A stretch of 64,000 bases of DNA from Paramoeba atlantica (lineage: Eukaryota > Protista > Discosea). The notes under the pieces are model-generated. The model was not told the DNA's origin. It worked only from the letters and a program-made list of their open reading frames with translations, and made no database searches. The translations under genes were made by a program, and so were the position numbers. Shown piece by piece: positions 23,648-36,267 of this stretch (position 1 is its first letter; each line of letters starts with the position of its first letter). The stretch lies in the NCBI GenBank assembly GCA_977017575.1, contig CDRNVI010000001.1, positions 1 through 64,000 of the forward strand, in the 5' to 3' direction.

Positions 23648-26600
23648 GGGGGTCTGTTCCTGGTATGTTGTGTCTCGGTGGCTGGGTAATATTCGATATT
23701 TTGATGTGGGATCCATTGGTCTGACGATGAGCCTTGGTGATGATACGTCGGGTAGTGGATCTGTGGGTATCGATATTGCTGATTCGAACTTTGCACGTGT
23801 GGGACGGTAGTTTTTCCGTTTGTGTCTTGCAAACGGGTCGGATAGAGGTGCTGGTCTGTAATACTGGCTGATAAATGTTTTTCCGTTTTGTACTTGCTTT
23901 GTTTATTGCAATTTGACTTTGTATTTTAATTTTCGTTTTCGTGTTCTGCTTCATATTGATATTTTTGTATTTTAGATTCTGTATTTGATCTTTTAACTTC
24001 CTTTTTATTGGTGTGTACTTGCTTTTCCTCGGGGGGAGGACTCTTGAGAGTCAGTGCTGTGGACCGATCCCCCGTCCACGAAAATCCGGAGCGCGTGGTG
24101 CGATGGTCGCTTGACGCGTAATGCCATGTTCTAGTATGCCAGTCCGATTTATGGGGGTCCGATTTGCATATACTCGCCCTCGTATCGGCATGCGAGGCGT
24201 ATAGCGGGTCCGCTGGGGTCCACGGCTCGTATACGTGGTTGCTTGATTGTAGGTTACGCTTTGCTCAATTACATTACCAAGTCGGTCCTGTGGGTCTTTC
24301 TGGGTAACGTATTGTGAGCGTATATATCAAGCATCTGCTCCTCGATATATTCCTTGCAGAATGCGTATCTGGTCAACTGTGCTTTGGCCGACGTTTTTGT
24401 GATTGACGGCGTCGCTGTTCACGCCCCCTCTTTCTGCGCTATCGTCTATCCAAGCACACAAGATATCCCAAAGGGCTTGTAGCTGTGGCGACATTCGAGA
24501 AGGGAGATCCAGCGCCGTTCGCAACCGCTGTTTCAATATTTCAATCCCTAGTGGCCCCTGGGTAATGTATGTGTTCTATGTTGTAACGTCCCGGGGGTTG
24601 AAACTGTCGTTCGTCTCTTCTGATGGTGCAGTTTCATCGTCCGATTCGGGCAATTTGCCTGGCATCTTTGGCTCACTTGCTGATATCACGATGCGCGTAT
24701 AACACACGTTGCTATTAGGCAGAGGATAGTTACCCCATGGGTAGGGAACAATGATAGGATTTTCCTCGTCTCCATTGTCCTCTACCGTACCTCGCCATGT
24801 TGTCGCTGTCTCTTTCCTACCTCCAACGGGGAACCAGGTTACTTCGACTTCTATGTCATTCTGTTGCATGGTCGCCATAACCTCATTGACTTGACTCTCT
24901 ACTTCCTCTGGGAGCATAACCCTTTGTGCGGCGTATTGCTTGTTGAGCTCTTCTGGCACACTGCATCTCTTTTTGGATCCGTAATGTCTCTTTTCACTTT
25001 TATTCGTGCGAAATACAAATAAGAAAAGTCAACAAGGTACAGAAACTGTATCTTTATCGTTAAAGTCAACTTTTATTCGTGCGAAATACAAATAAGAAAA
25101 GTCTGTCTAATTTTGCAAATAATATCATACCGTAGTTCACGAATAAATCCTTCATGTTTAATTCCTGACACTAGTACAAAGGCCCAATTACATTTTCAAG
25201 AGTTTTATTAAGGCAGGGTAGTGGATTAACTTGTTAATCCACGCTGGGGAGTAGCGAACCCCTCCTACCCTGGAGCTAATAATTATTGGTTTCCTTTCAT
25301 AGGAGGATAAGTCGGGTGTGTGCCCTCTATGGTTGAGATTACTCCTGTGTTGGCACAGATGCTTCGAGCATCAGCATCCGCACAGCGGACCTAGGCTGGA
25401 ACTAGGGGGCCATATCTCTTCGGAGACAAACGGCCTTGTGATAAAACAAAACAAACAAACTACCCGTTCGCACCCTGCCTTCGAGAGTACTCCATGCTGT
25501 AATGGCGCGAACAGTGGCTCTAGAATGTTCTCGTACCTTTGTATGAGAATGCATCCCGCTAATTTCATCAACACTTCCCCAATGGCGACAGGTCTTATTC
25601 CACCATTCGGTTTATGGAGCGCGACCAGCCTGGCGCGGGTGAGACGACGCATCACTTCTTTTTTCATCACCCCCTTTTTGTTTATCACCCCCTTTTTGTT
25701 TATCACCCCCTTTTTGTTTATCACCCCCTTTCTGTTTAATCACCTTTTTTTTGAGAGAATCTACCTCCAAAAATACATATCAATCTTTCATAATTCCCGC
25801 CTACAGTGCAGCGGTTAAAATACAATATTGCCCCTTAAATTAGGGCTTCTTCTTCACATGATGATCTCGGAGATTTATCCCCCGTGGAGATCTCATTCGT
25901 CCTCAAAGGATCGAGAACTCACGTTTAGACGGGCGAGACTTGATCTCCTTTACCCCCCGTTATCTTCCCTCTACCCTGTATCCCATACCGTACAATAATA
26001 TTTGTAATAAAATTTACACTGTGAAATCCACGCCGCGGGCCTTAATAAATAACATGTATCGAATAGTAAACAAAGAAACAACTAAAATGTATCTGATTGC
26101 TCACAAGCCCTATTTCCCAATCTCAAAACATAACATCAACATTAAACTGTAAATAATATGTTCTCACGACAATTTTAGGCCTGCAAACATATATGTCACT
26201 GTCACTCTGTTAACGGGGTTCCCCCCACCGGAACCCTCGACCAACCTGCCCGCACACACGTCACACAAAAGAAAACCTGTATAAAAATGCCCGGACACAT
26301 AGTAAATCATATATAGAAAAGAAATCATAATCAAACCTCACCTACAGAACTCGTACAAGGATAACGATAGCAATAGATGACCAGTCCACTGCCACGCCCT
26401 TTACAAGCTCACACGAGCTACACAGGTTACGCTTTCAACCTCTGCCCATGCACCAACTTGGGACCTAGAAGTGTGGAGCAACTAGGCGTGGTGTACGGCC
26501 GTGTCAACAGTGATGCGGTTAAAAAACATTAAGGCGTTAATCGTAGAATAAAGAAAGCTTTACTCATCTTTATCTCACATTGGGGAACCTTGTTTTCGAA

Positions 26601-27195
26601 AAAAACAAGGCGTGAGGATAAAGCCTGTCAACCGATTAACATCCATAATCTTCCAAAAATTATAGGGACAACCTCCAAACCCCCGGATCCCGTCCGCTCT
26701 TTTTTTTTTTTAATTGGGGGGAGAAGTACGAAACGCGGCATTGCCTCTATATTACCCAATACATGAGCCATGAAGGGTCCATAGGGGGGGTTGTCATGTT
26801 CTATATAAAATAACTAGCAATTGGTGAGCCCAAAACTAGCAATTGTATGTAAATTATGCCGCTGAAAAACAATGAAAATAAAAACAGAGAAAAAAGCATA
26901 ACAAGCCATTCGCGCAGGTTCCGGACCGGGTCTTTCGACCTCTCCCGAGCCTGCATTGGGAACCCTTCCCTTGTTATACGGGAGGGCGCAGGGCGGGCAT
27001 GTGCCGACAGCGGCACGGTCGCGAAACAGGATGCTGGCCGACGGGGAGGGGCAGGGTCCCCAGCCCGGGTACTACTGTAAGTTGCATTAATAATTATAAA
27101 TTTGCACAAATTCTAAATTTATAATTATTAAGGGTTTATAATTCTTATATACTTTTATAATTATAAATTGGTTTTAAGCTTTTTGTTTTACTCGC

Positions 27196-29301
27196 ATGTC
27201 ACGACCGAAGGGGAAAAGGGGACAAGATCAGAACGTAGGCAGCATTGAACAATTTACTAGCGTATCCGGCCGACCCCCTCCTCGATGGATGGAGAAAAAG
27301 CGGCGTTTTCTTACATCCTGCTTAGAAAATGGAGGGGAAAATTCTTTTTTTAAGGAACTTTTTGTAAATATGTTCCAATCATTTGCGAGTGAGCATGAAT
27401 CTCTTTTTCTCAGTTACGTCGAAACTTTATTGCTTGAAGACCGTACCAAGTTCATTATTGAGGAGCGCAAGGAGCGTGAAATGATAGCATGTAAATTTCA
27501 TGGAGGTTTATTTAGTCTTAACGGCGACGGCATACCAATATTCTGGGACGATAATTCTACGTCGCTTCAATTTTCGTTTTCTTTTTGTTGGACGGCGCGA
27601 AGCGTTGATGCGCCGCGTTCAATGAGTGATGAAAGTAGTGATGCTCCTCTCGCTGAAGACGATGATTCTGAACATGTGGAAATGTCACATTGCGTAAAGA
27701 AGCAATTCGTCTCCAACGTGAAGATTTGTCTGTGTGATTCCATGGATTATTTCATGCATCAATCAGACTACTTCGTACGTCTCCCAAAGAGGGGAGGACG
27801 GTTTCCTCATTACACTAACCTATGCAAAAAACTGAAATCTGTATATCCGAGCATTGCTGAACAAATCGAATATCAAATTCTTCGTCTTTGGTGGCAAAAA
27901 CGCGAGAAGCTCGGAGACGAGTCCTTAATTCCTAAGAATACATCTAACCAACGACCAAGCATGTTGTCATTCTATGAACCCCTCATTCGCAGGCTATTGA
28001 ATGAGCTAATATTTTACGGAATTCCTGTAGGTAAGAACCTGCTCTGGGCAATTACACGTGAAGCAATCATGCACGATTCTGACGACATTGATTATCTAAC
28101 GAAACATCTCGTAGACAAAGTTAGATCTGGTGCCAAGGTAAAAGATGAAGAAACGTTTATACCATCCTATCATACCTTCATCCGGTGGCTGTCGAAAATG
28201 GATATTTCAATGAAATCGACAAGAAATACACCCGAAGGCGCTCTACCAACAAATTTAAACGACCTTGCGCGAGATATGCTACTGCGTATATGTTATTATG
28301 TAGGCATAGAATGGAACGACAAGGTTATTTCCCCTCTTCTAATTAACATGGACGAAACTGCCGTCGCCTATAATTCTCTTGCGGAGCGTGGCTTAACATA
28401 TCAGGGGCAAGAAGCGCATAGCATTGCAGTAGGAGACAAACGAAGCGCAACTCTTGTAACTGCTGCATCTTTAAGCGGTGATTTGGTTCCACCATTCGTG
28501 ATCTGGAATGGAAAAGAAGCCTATAAGGGTGCGCACGTGAAGACGTATGACACGACGGTTCAGTACCAAACTGAAAGTCACTACATTAGCACAGGGGCAT
28601 TCAAAGAATTTTTGTCACGCATTCTTCAGCCATATCATGAAAATATTGTTGGAAAACTGGATTTATCGACTCACACGCCTATGATTCTGCTTATTGATTG
28701 TTGCAGTGTTCATACATCAAGCGCTACCAAAGAACAGATTATTTCCCAATGTAATTCGAACGGAGCATTTCCGTGGCTGCGAATTGTATTTGTTCCTGCG
28801 CGATGCACGAGTGTGCTTCAACCATGCGATGTGGGGATCTTTAATCGATTGAAACCTAAAATACGGTACGAACGAACGTTGGTTCTTCTGTCGTATTGTA
28901 AGTATAAGAGACAAAATTCTGAATTGATTGGAAGGGCGAAGGAACTGAGTTCTCGTTTAAGTAAGGAACAACTTCTCCGTTCGATTCATAAAGCATATGA
29001 ATACATGAGCTCCCCAGAGCAGCGCAAAGCAAATGAGAAAGCATGGGAAAAAGTAGGTATCACTAGTTGCACGTTGGAGGATCGTCGCAACTTGGTTGAA
29101 GCATGGGGAAATCGAAGACGCTTATTTCCCTTGAGCGACGACTACCACCCATTAAGTAGTGACGAAAATACGGATTCCAAGGATGATTTCGAGGATATTC
29201 CCATTGAACTTGATGACCAACAATGGCTTGGTGTTGACACAAATGTCAATTCATTTTTTTTATTTCTGTCCGTTGGACAGAACTCAAAATCGGGAAGCTA
29301 G
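27196..29301 (+). CDS. pogo/Tigger-family DDD transposase, 701 aa
   Basis: LINMDETAV, ILLIDCCSVH, FVPARCTSVLQPCDVGIFN; DD43D spacing; uninterrupted. Confidence 0.9.
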   Translation: MSRPKGKRGQDQNVGSIEQFTSVSGRPPPRWMEKKRRFLTSCLENGGENSFFKELFVNMFQSFASEHESLFLSYVETLLLEDRTKFIIEERKEREMIACKFHGGLFSLNGDGIPIFWDDNSTSLQFSFSFCWTARSVDAPRSMSDESSDAPLAEDDDSEHVEMSHCVKKQFVSNVKICLCDSMDYFMHQSDYFVRLPKRGGRFPHYTNLCKKLKSVYPSIAEQIEYQILRLWWQKREKLGDESLIPKNTSNQRPSMLSFYEPLIRRLLNELIFYGIPVGKNLLWAITREAIMHDSDDIDYLTKHLVDKVRSGAKVKDEETFIPSYHTFIRWLSKMDISMKSTRNTPEGALPTNLNDLARDMLLRICYYVGIEWNDKVISPLLINMDETAVAYNSLAERGLTYQGQEAHSIAVGDKRSATLVTAASLSGDLVPPFVIWNGKEAYKGAHVKTYDTTVQYQTESHYISTGAFKEFLSRILQPYHENIVGKLDLSTHTPMILLIDCCSVHTSSATKEQIISQCNSNGAFPWLRIVFVPARCTSVLQPCDVGIFNRLKPKIRYERTLVLLSYCKYKRQNSELIGRAKELSSRLSKEQLLRSIHKAYEYMSSPEQRKANEKAWEKVGITSCTLEDRRNLVEAWGNRRRLFPLSDDYHPLSSDENTDSKDDFEDIPIELDDQQWLGVDTNVNSFFLFLSVGQNSKSGS

Positions 29302-29409
29302 GTCGGGACCTCCTTGTTGTCTTACCTGGTACTACCGCCTCACTGATGGCACTAACGCGGACATGTAGTAACCCTCCCCCTCGCTTATATATACACTTAC
29401 GGTTATATA

Positions 29410-30950
29410 CAGGGGTGCGAATCTAAAGGTGGGGGGGGGTCTAAAATTCGTAAAAGTTGTCCAATTTTGGAAAATAATAGCGCATTGGATAGCTCTCACA
29501 GAGTTGTATGTTTTAGGATAGGTAGCATCCGGGGTTTGGGGGGTACCCCCCTTTCATGTAAGGTTCAAAAACACATATTGCAATACTTTAGTGATGTCAA
29601 TAATTTCTGTAATTTGGATTGCAAAAGACAATTAGTAACCACAGTGCCCCCCGTTCCGACTAATAACAATTTCACAACGCTTCCTGAAACTCTTCAACGT
29701 TTTCTGAACCGTTGCAGAGTGGGTCTGTTTCAATTTAAGGAAAGACCCCTCAATGGCGGCTTCCAGTTGCTGTCGATTTCGGGGTCGAAGAAGATTTTTG
29801 TCTGTGTCCATCACAGACCACAAATTTTCGATCGGATTCAGGTCTGGAGATTTTGCAGGCCAGGGGAGAACGGAAATTCCTGTATCACGGAACGTGGCAC
29901 GCGCCTTGTTGTGGGCCGGGCAGTTGTCCATGGCAATCGTGGCCGCTGGATGTCGCTTTAAATATTGAAGAAAGCCCCGTGGCTTTTTCATAGCCTGATC
30001 AAAAATTTCACCCGTAACGGTGAGTTTCTGGCCTTCTGAATTTCGAGGAGGGAAAATGTGGAGATGGAAGCCGTGTTTGAGGCTCACACCCATCCAAACC
30101 ATAATCCCATTTCCGCCGTACCATGATTCTAGCTCGCCTCGTTGTTCCTTATGGGGGTCCGTCCTCCGACAAAGGTAAGTTCGCCCGGAACGCCCACGAA
30201 CGCAAGTAAACTTCTTTTCGTCACAATAAACAAAATGAAGGAGTTGAGCGTCGCTCTTCTCGAGCATCGCCTTACAAAATTGCAACCGTTTCTCCTTGTG
30301 TTCGAGTGTGAGTGATGGTCGTCGCCGAAGAGTGCGGAGCACAACGCCTTACTTCTTCAATGTGTCGACTAGGGTCCGTCGACTGCAGGTGAATCCTTGG
30401 CTACGGATCTCTCGCAGAAGATCGCTCCAGCTCTCTACGCCGTAAACAAGGTCGCGATACCCCTCGTCGACAAGCTTGAGAGCCACATCCAGGAACGCAG
30501 GGGTAACCACCGTCGAGACACGCTCTCGGGATGCCGTTAACACGTCACCCGTAAGGGTAAAACGTTCAACCCAACGTTTTACAGTGTTCTCATGAACACC
30601 AAAGTGCTGCGCCGTAGCGGAGTACGATCCTGTGCGCTCGTATTTCGCCACCGAAAGCATGCGGTGACTCTCTTTGACGGGGGCGGGGGAAGAATACGAT
30701 CTATCGCTCAGTACTCCACGGGAAGTCCTCGAGCGAGCGCGCTTTTGGGGCATTTTCTAGTAAAAAATGTAATTCCTGCGAGGGAAAAAAGCGAAATGTG
30801 GTATCAAAAAATATGTACGTTAAAATCACAGGATTTTAATGCGCCTAAAACATACAACTCTGTGAGAGCTATCCAATGCGCTATTATTTTCCAAAATTGG
30901 ACAACTTTTACGAATTTTAGACCCCCCCCACCTTTAGACCCGCACCCCTG
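29410..30950 (-). mobile_element. Tc1-type transposon
   Basis: About 108-bp TIRs (29410-29518, 30844-30950) starting CAGGGGTGCG; TA flanks. Confidence 0.93.
29632..30753 (-). pseudogene. Tc1 transposase with a single in-frame TAA at 30349
   Basis: HTH half and DDE half are in frame; YCDEKKF, MDNCPAH, WPAKSPDLNPIENLW. Confidence 0.9.
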
Positions 30951-30988
30951 TATACACTTACGGTTATATATACACTTACACTTATATA

Positions 30989-32057
30989 CAGGGTTCGCAG
31001 AAACTATAATATAGTAAAATATAGTTTTTTTCATTGAATATAGTTACTATATAGTACTATATTTACTATATTTTACTATAAAACTATAAAGTTTTTTTCA
31101 CTTTACAAGTGATATTTTTTGAGTCCTCTCCGCTTGTGAAGGACATACACACGCCTCTACATGCGTTCTTACACGCTTACATACGTATGATATGACAAGA
31201 AATTCTGAAAAAAATGTAACCCAAGCTAAAGTGGACGAGGGAGATACTAAAAGCACCTTTGGCAAACCACCATAAAAATGGAAGGGTATGTCCCTTAAAG
31301 ATTCTTTTGGCACGTCGGAATCCTTTACAAACCGGGAGATATCATTCCATTTTTGTGGTGGTTTAAAGGTTCTTTTAGAACCTCCCTCGTCCACTTTATC
31401 CTGGGTTACATAGCTATCGAAACATCCTCCCTCTTCCCCGCGATTCCATCACCGCCGAAAAATATCATCAACTAGTATGTCATCTCCTCGGAAATAGCAA
31501 TGAAACGCATGCGAAAGGAGTGACGATAGGAAGTACAAACTCTCCACTCGACAACACACCGCGTAATTTATTCAGACTCATATGATTGTATTTATTCAAA
31601 CTCATAGAATTGTGAGCAGCAGTTATTCAGTCCCAAGACATAACGTCGGTGGCTCCAGCCAAAGCGCGGCGACAGCGATGCAGTGAGAAGATGTTCGGGA
31701 CGCAAGAGGATTCGCACAAGGCAATCTGTCAAGGCCACGCGATGGGACTGGGGTACGTCCCCTCCTGACACAAGTTACATTCAGCCGCTTGTTTACTTCC
31801 CTCCGTGTGCAGCAGTTCAATAAAATAATCTTTGCAGAAACTACCCCTCGTAACTTTAATTTCGGGCATCAATTTTCGGGTTTAAAAATAAGAAAAATCG
31901 TACACAAATGAATTCGCCGTGTATTTATGGCGTGTTGGTGAGCTTCGGAGTGCTTAAAATGTGAAACAAAAAAATATAGTTTTTTATAGTTTTCGAAAAA
32001 AAATTATAGTAACTATATAGTACTATATTGATAGTTTTATAGTTTCTGCGAACCCTG
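30989..32057. mobile_element. Non-autonomous hAT-like element
   Basis: TIR CAGGGTTCGCAGAAACTATAA; 8-bp TSD CTTATATA (30981-30988, 32058-32065); ACTATA subterminal repeats. Confidence 0.85.
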
Positions 32058-32401
32058 CTTATATATACACATAAACACTTATATATACACATATTAGCTA
32101 CTTTCGCTTATATATACACTTACACTTATAACTTTTACATACAGATAATTATGTGTATATAACCAGGGGGGGTTAGTACATGTAGTAGTACATGTAGTAT
32201 CATTCGTAAAAAAGCAAGAGGCCCAGTTGCATAATTATTTATAATTATAATTATAATTATAAATACAAAAGTTTTATTTTTTATATTTATAATTATTAAT
32301 GCAACTCCCAGTACTTCACTTGGGGTACCTAGCCCGTGAGGGTTAGGCGTGAGCATAGACCCTGTCGACACGACCAACACCCGGAACCAGCAGGAGTAGG
32401 A

Positions 32402-35400
32402 TCACTCCTCTTTACCGTACCCCACAAGTATAGGGTCTGTATTCACCGGGGGGAGCCGCAACACGAGCATTCGCGCCTGGGTACGCATGAGGGTGACGTT
32501 TAGGGTGGTCAGTATCTGCTGAAACGCGTCCCCTTGGGATAATGTTCCCCCCGAGTATGCAGATCGGCTTTTTGACACCTCCCTCATGACCGATAACGCA
32601 GCCGGGCTCCAGGTGCCGTATGTTTCTACAGCCATGGCAGTGAACTTGTTTTTCGCTTTTTCGGCTTCTTCTCGCTGTCTTCGCTTGTGCTCCACGGCGT
32701 ATCTCTCAGCGAATGACCCTGCTGCCACCATGTTAGCATCACGGACAAGGTCCGTATACTTTTGTTGCTGAACATGTGTGACAGCGAAGTCAAGGACGAG
32801 AGCTTGGCCGACGCCACCGTTGCGAAGAAAAACGTCTGCAGGTCTTGTTAGGGCGCCACCGGGGCCCCTGTTTCCTAAAGAGACTTCTCGCTGAGGAGAC
32901 AGCCCGGCCTTAGTGCATTCCGCGGAGAACTGTTCGGCGAGGGCATTATGTCTGGTGATTATCCCGTGGCCACACTTGCAGGCCAAAGCGTGGTCGCCTT
33001 CGGGGCCGAGCGGTAGGCGACAGTTTGGGACCGGGCAATTACGGCCTTGAGGATAGATGTTTTCCCCGAGCCACCACCGAATCAGAGTCCGGAACTCCGT
33101 GGCGGTGTAAGCGTGACCGCAGAGAGCTGAGGGGATCGTGAAAGCCCAGTTTGAGGCCCCTTCCCCCGATTGGGAGATCCACCTGGCCCGTGTGCGGGGA
33201 TCCGCAGAAGTGTAGGAGTTATCGAATTCTCTGGCGGAGATTGCGTGACTTAAGTCGCGTTGTCGGGGAACGGCCAACTCTTGCGATAAGTCCATATCCA
33301 CAGAGGGCGAAAAAGGGCACGACTTTACGACTGATTCTTTGGGGATTTTTCCCGTAGATGCGTCCACTAGGTAACCCCCTGCGCGACGGTTGATGTCTTC
33401 CGCAGCGAAAGAGAAGCCCTCAGCCTCAGTCGCATCCCATCGGTCCTTATTCGACGCGAATGCCACTGAAGCCACATATGCAGAGGTGGCGTGCATCTCC
33501 GCAGAGCGAAGGCCGAGACCGCCGAACCGTTTATCCCTTTGCGCTTGCCATCGTGCCATATCACTTAGTGGGCAAAAGAAGTTTTCCAATGCACGCTGAA
33601 CGGCGTTGTCGAGTCTTCGGCATAGATCCATGAGTTCTTCCGTTGGTGTCGTGCGCAAGGAGTACACCATCTGGCAGAACCCTGTGCACTGCCTGATGAG
33701 AGACAGGGCGACCTGGGGGTCCTCCAGTTTCTCGATCGCTTCGAGGGACTCCTCTGCCTGCGAGATCACGCCGTCGATGAAGAACTGGCGACGGTATGCG
33801 TTCGATCCTATCGGGCTTCCCAGGATGCTCAGATTGCCCTCTGTGTTGATGTTCAGTCCTGGAATGTCAGGAAAGTGGGAGACTTGCTGGGAAGAGGACG
33901 GGTGAGTGATTATTTCGCACTTTGAGGGATTGAGGTTGAGTCCCCATTTCGGACCTCCGATTTCGATGATGTCTATAGCATGGCGCACGTCAGAGGCCTT
34001 GCCTGCCAGGACACCATCGTCAAGATACCAAAGATTAAGCCGAAGGTCGGGTGCCCCTGCCATTATTTCCGCAGCCATTTCTCGCATAACAAGCGAGAAC
34101 AAAAGGGGTCCGAGCGGGTCTCCCTGTTGGACCCCTTCAGAGGATAGGACGAAGCGTGGACCGAAAGTTAGGTGACTGTCCGCAGAATAACACCACTCCA
34201 CGAATGGGCTCAGCTCAGGGAAGTGTAGTCGCGTCAAAGCAATGAAGCTATCTCTGGAAACGTGATTGAAAGCGTTTCTGAGGTCGACCTTGCATATCAC
34301 GAAATCCTCGTCATCAATGTTGTGTGCCACCAGTCTTCTGCAAATGTGTATGACGCGCTCGGCCCCGGCAGGCGTCGCCACTCCATACTGCTGGTCTTTA
34401 AAGAGTGTTCGGTATTTCATCTTAGCAGAGAGGCACCCTACTTTGCTAGCGAGACGACGGAGCGTCTCCCCTGCGGCAATAGAACGAACATCGCCCTCCC
34501 CCTTGTGCAATGCGCATAAACGCCCTCCGGCAAAGCAGTGTTGGACTTCGTGTGGCATTTTTCCAGCTAACATATGGCTGGTAAGTTTCGTAAGTGTGAC
34601 GAGTGGGTCTGACCGGGCATCGTGGTGATATTGCACGGCAACTTGTAAATGTTCAGGGCGGAGTCCAAGTGCGCCCCCTGAAGATCCTCGGTGGAAACTG
34701 GAGAGGGCCGTAGTTATGTCTTCTGCGGTGGCCGTGAGCGGTTTAATATCCGAAGGGAGTGTGGCGATCGGACTCGGGTCAAGAAGACGGGAGGGATGTT
34801 TCGCCTGCAGCTTGTGGAAGGTCGTATCATCGTTGGGGGCAAGTGGTTCAGAGGTTAGCGCGGTCATCGCGCGGGAAAGTTCTCCGTCCCTCACCAAGCG
34901 GACTGCTCGTAGCGCTGCTTTCCTATCCTCCTCTTCGATGCTCTGAATCTGTGGGGTGCTTTTGTGCTTGCGCTTCATGCTTGCTGACGCCTCATTCCAG
35001 AGTGATTGATATTCCTTGTTTTTCCATCTGGTGAGGCATTTTCGGACAAAGGAGGCGTACGAAGCTTTGCCCTTGTCGCCACCACGGCGTGGTGCCGGAA
35101 TCACGCATTTCGGTAACATGGCCAGAAGTGTCCATGCTTCAATGGTGTTGTCGTAGACGGCCGTCGCCATGCATTCGGTGAGTGCTTTCGCCCACTCAGC
35201 CTTACAAGTGTTAGGAATGTTCTTGCACGTATTTATAGGCAAGGCGCAGATTGAGGATAGGGTCGGGAGATCTTCCCCTGTTGGTGTGTCTCGCGCAGTA
35301 CGCTCGTTGGGCTGTGCGTGTTCTTGTTCTAAATGAGGTGGCGATTGAATAAGTTCGTGGTTGGTGGTAATGTTACTGGATGATATGGTGGAGTCCTTAG

Positions 35401-36148
35401 CGTCGGCAAGATGGATATTTGGACATTGAGATGATTGTGAGTGGAACTTGCAATGCTTTTTGTGGTATTCTTGCTTACATATAGAGTAATGCCTGTTGCA
35501 TCCCGAGCATCGGAATCGCCTTTCTCCTGCCCACCACGCTTCCGAAACTTCCTCCCCGTGTCTGCGGGCTAGGTGATGGTAAAACGCTTGCCACTGATTG
35601 CCTTGTGACCCTGTTTGCCATGGACAAGATTCCACAGGACATTTCCTGGTGCCATATTGGGCTTTAGTCGGCGTTCACACATCATATGTGTAGTGGTGAC
35701 CTTCCGATTTCCGAAAATGACGCATGCACTGCTCCTTCACAGCCTTGTTGGATGACTTTAACTGGCTGGGTGAAGGATCATCTGCTCCCACGAATCGAAA
35801 AGACGAAGTAGAAGAGTCCGCTTCTTCAGACTGGACGTCGGATTGCTCGGTCGGACGGGCTCTGGAGAAAAGTTCCTCCTCCGAGTTCGGTTGCGCGTGT
35901 CCAGTATCAGGAGTTGCACCTTCCCTAGAGTTTGTAATGCTGATCGCAATCTCGTCGGCGCGCTGCGTTGATTCGGGCGAAGGGTACGGTGGAAGAGGCG
36001 TCGTATATAATTCTTCGGTGTACGTGCTCGCACCTTTTACGAGGTCTTTGTTCGCCTGGAATTGATCCCATGACCCGAGTTTGTGATCATTTGCCTCACG
36101 TTCAAAGCTCGAGTCCCGTTTTGTGTTAGATCTAGTTGAAACAACCAT
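32402..36148 (-). pseudogene. CRE A polyprotein (LsmAD-like, C2H2 fingers, RT, REL) with one in-frame TGA at 35675
   Basis: ORFs 35675-36148 and 32402-35635 are in frame; VDLRNAFN, QQGDPLGP, WYLDDG, RHNA, RPADV, LDFAV, AVETYG. Confidence 0.92.
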
Positions 36149-36200
36149 AGCGCGTGAAAAAATATAAAGAAAAAAAAATATAAAGAAAAGGAAAATAATT

Positions 36201-36238
36201 CAACAAGGTACAGAAACTGTATCTTTATCGTTAAAGTT
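36201..36238 (-). other. Spliced-leader exon at the 5' end of CRE A
   Basis: Full SL-like 38-mer preceded by an A-run and followed by AATT, a pyrimidine-rich UTR and ATG at 36148. Confidence 0.8.
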
Positions 36239-36267
36239 TTTTTTTTGCGTGTCAGTATAAGACTCTT

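Larger units (their letters stand above)
8216..28577. repeat. Four tandem copies of a 5092-5093-bp segment
   Basis: Units start at 8216, 13309, 18402, 23494; the junction joins pogo ...CTGAAAG via AAAAAAAAC to the YR ...TCGTATG. Confidence 0.97.
27075..32311 (+). mobile_element. pogo-type DNA transposon with nested insertions
   Basis: 27-bp TIRs CTG(TA/GG)AGTTGCATTAATAATTATAAAT at 27075-27101 and 32285-32311; TA on both sides. Confidence 0.88.
26700..36238 (-). mobile_element. CRE/SLACS-clade LINE A: SL at the 5' end, poly(A) at 26700-26711, 3' UTR split by pogo
   Basis: Empty site CCCGGGTAC-TA-CTTCACTTGGGG matches CRE B CCCGTGTAC-TA-CCTCACTCGGGG. Confidence 0.85.

Noticed and set aside
32586-35034. 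Plus-strand ORFs opposite CRE A (and equivalents opposite CRE B, YR, Pol and the RLE LINE)
   Set aside because: Antisense shadows of long GC-rich ORFs
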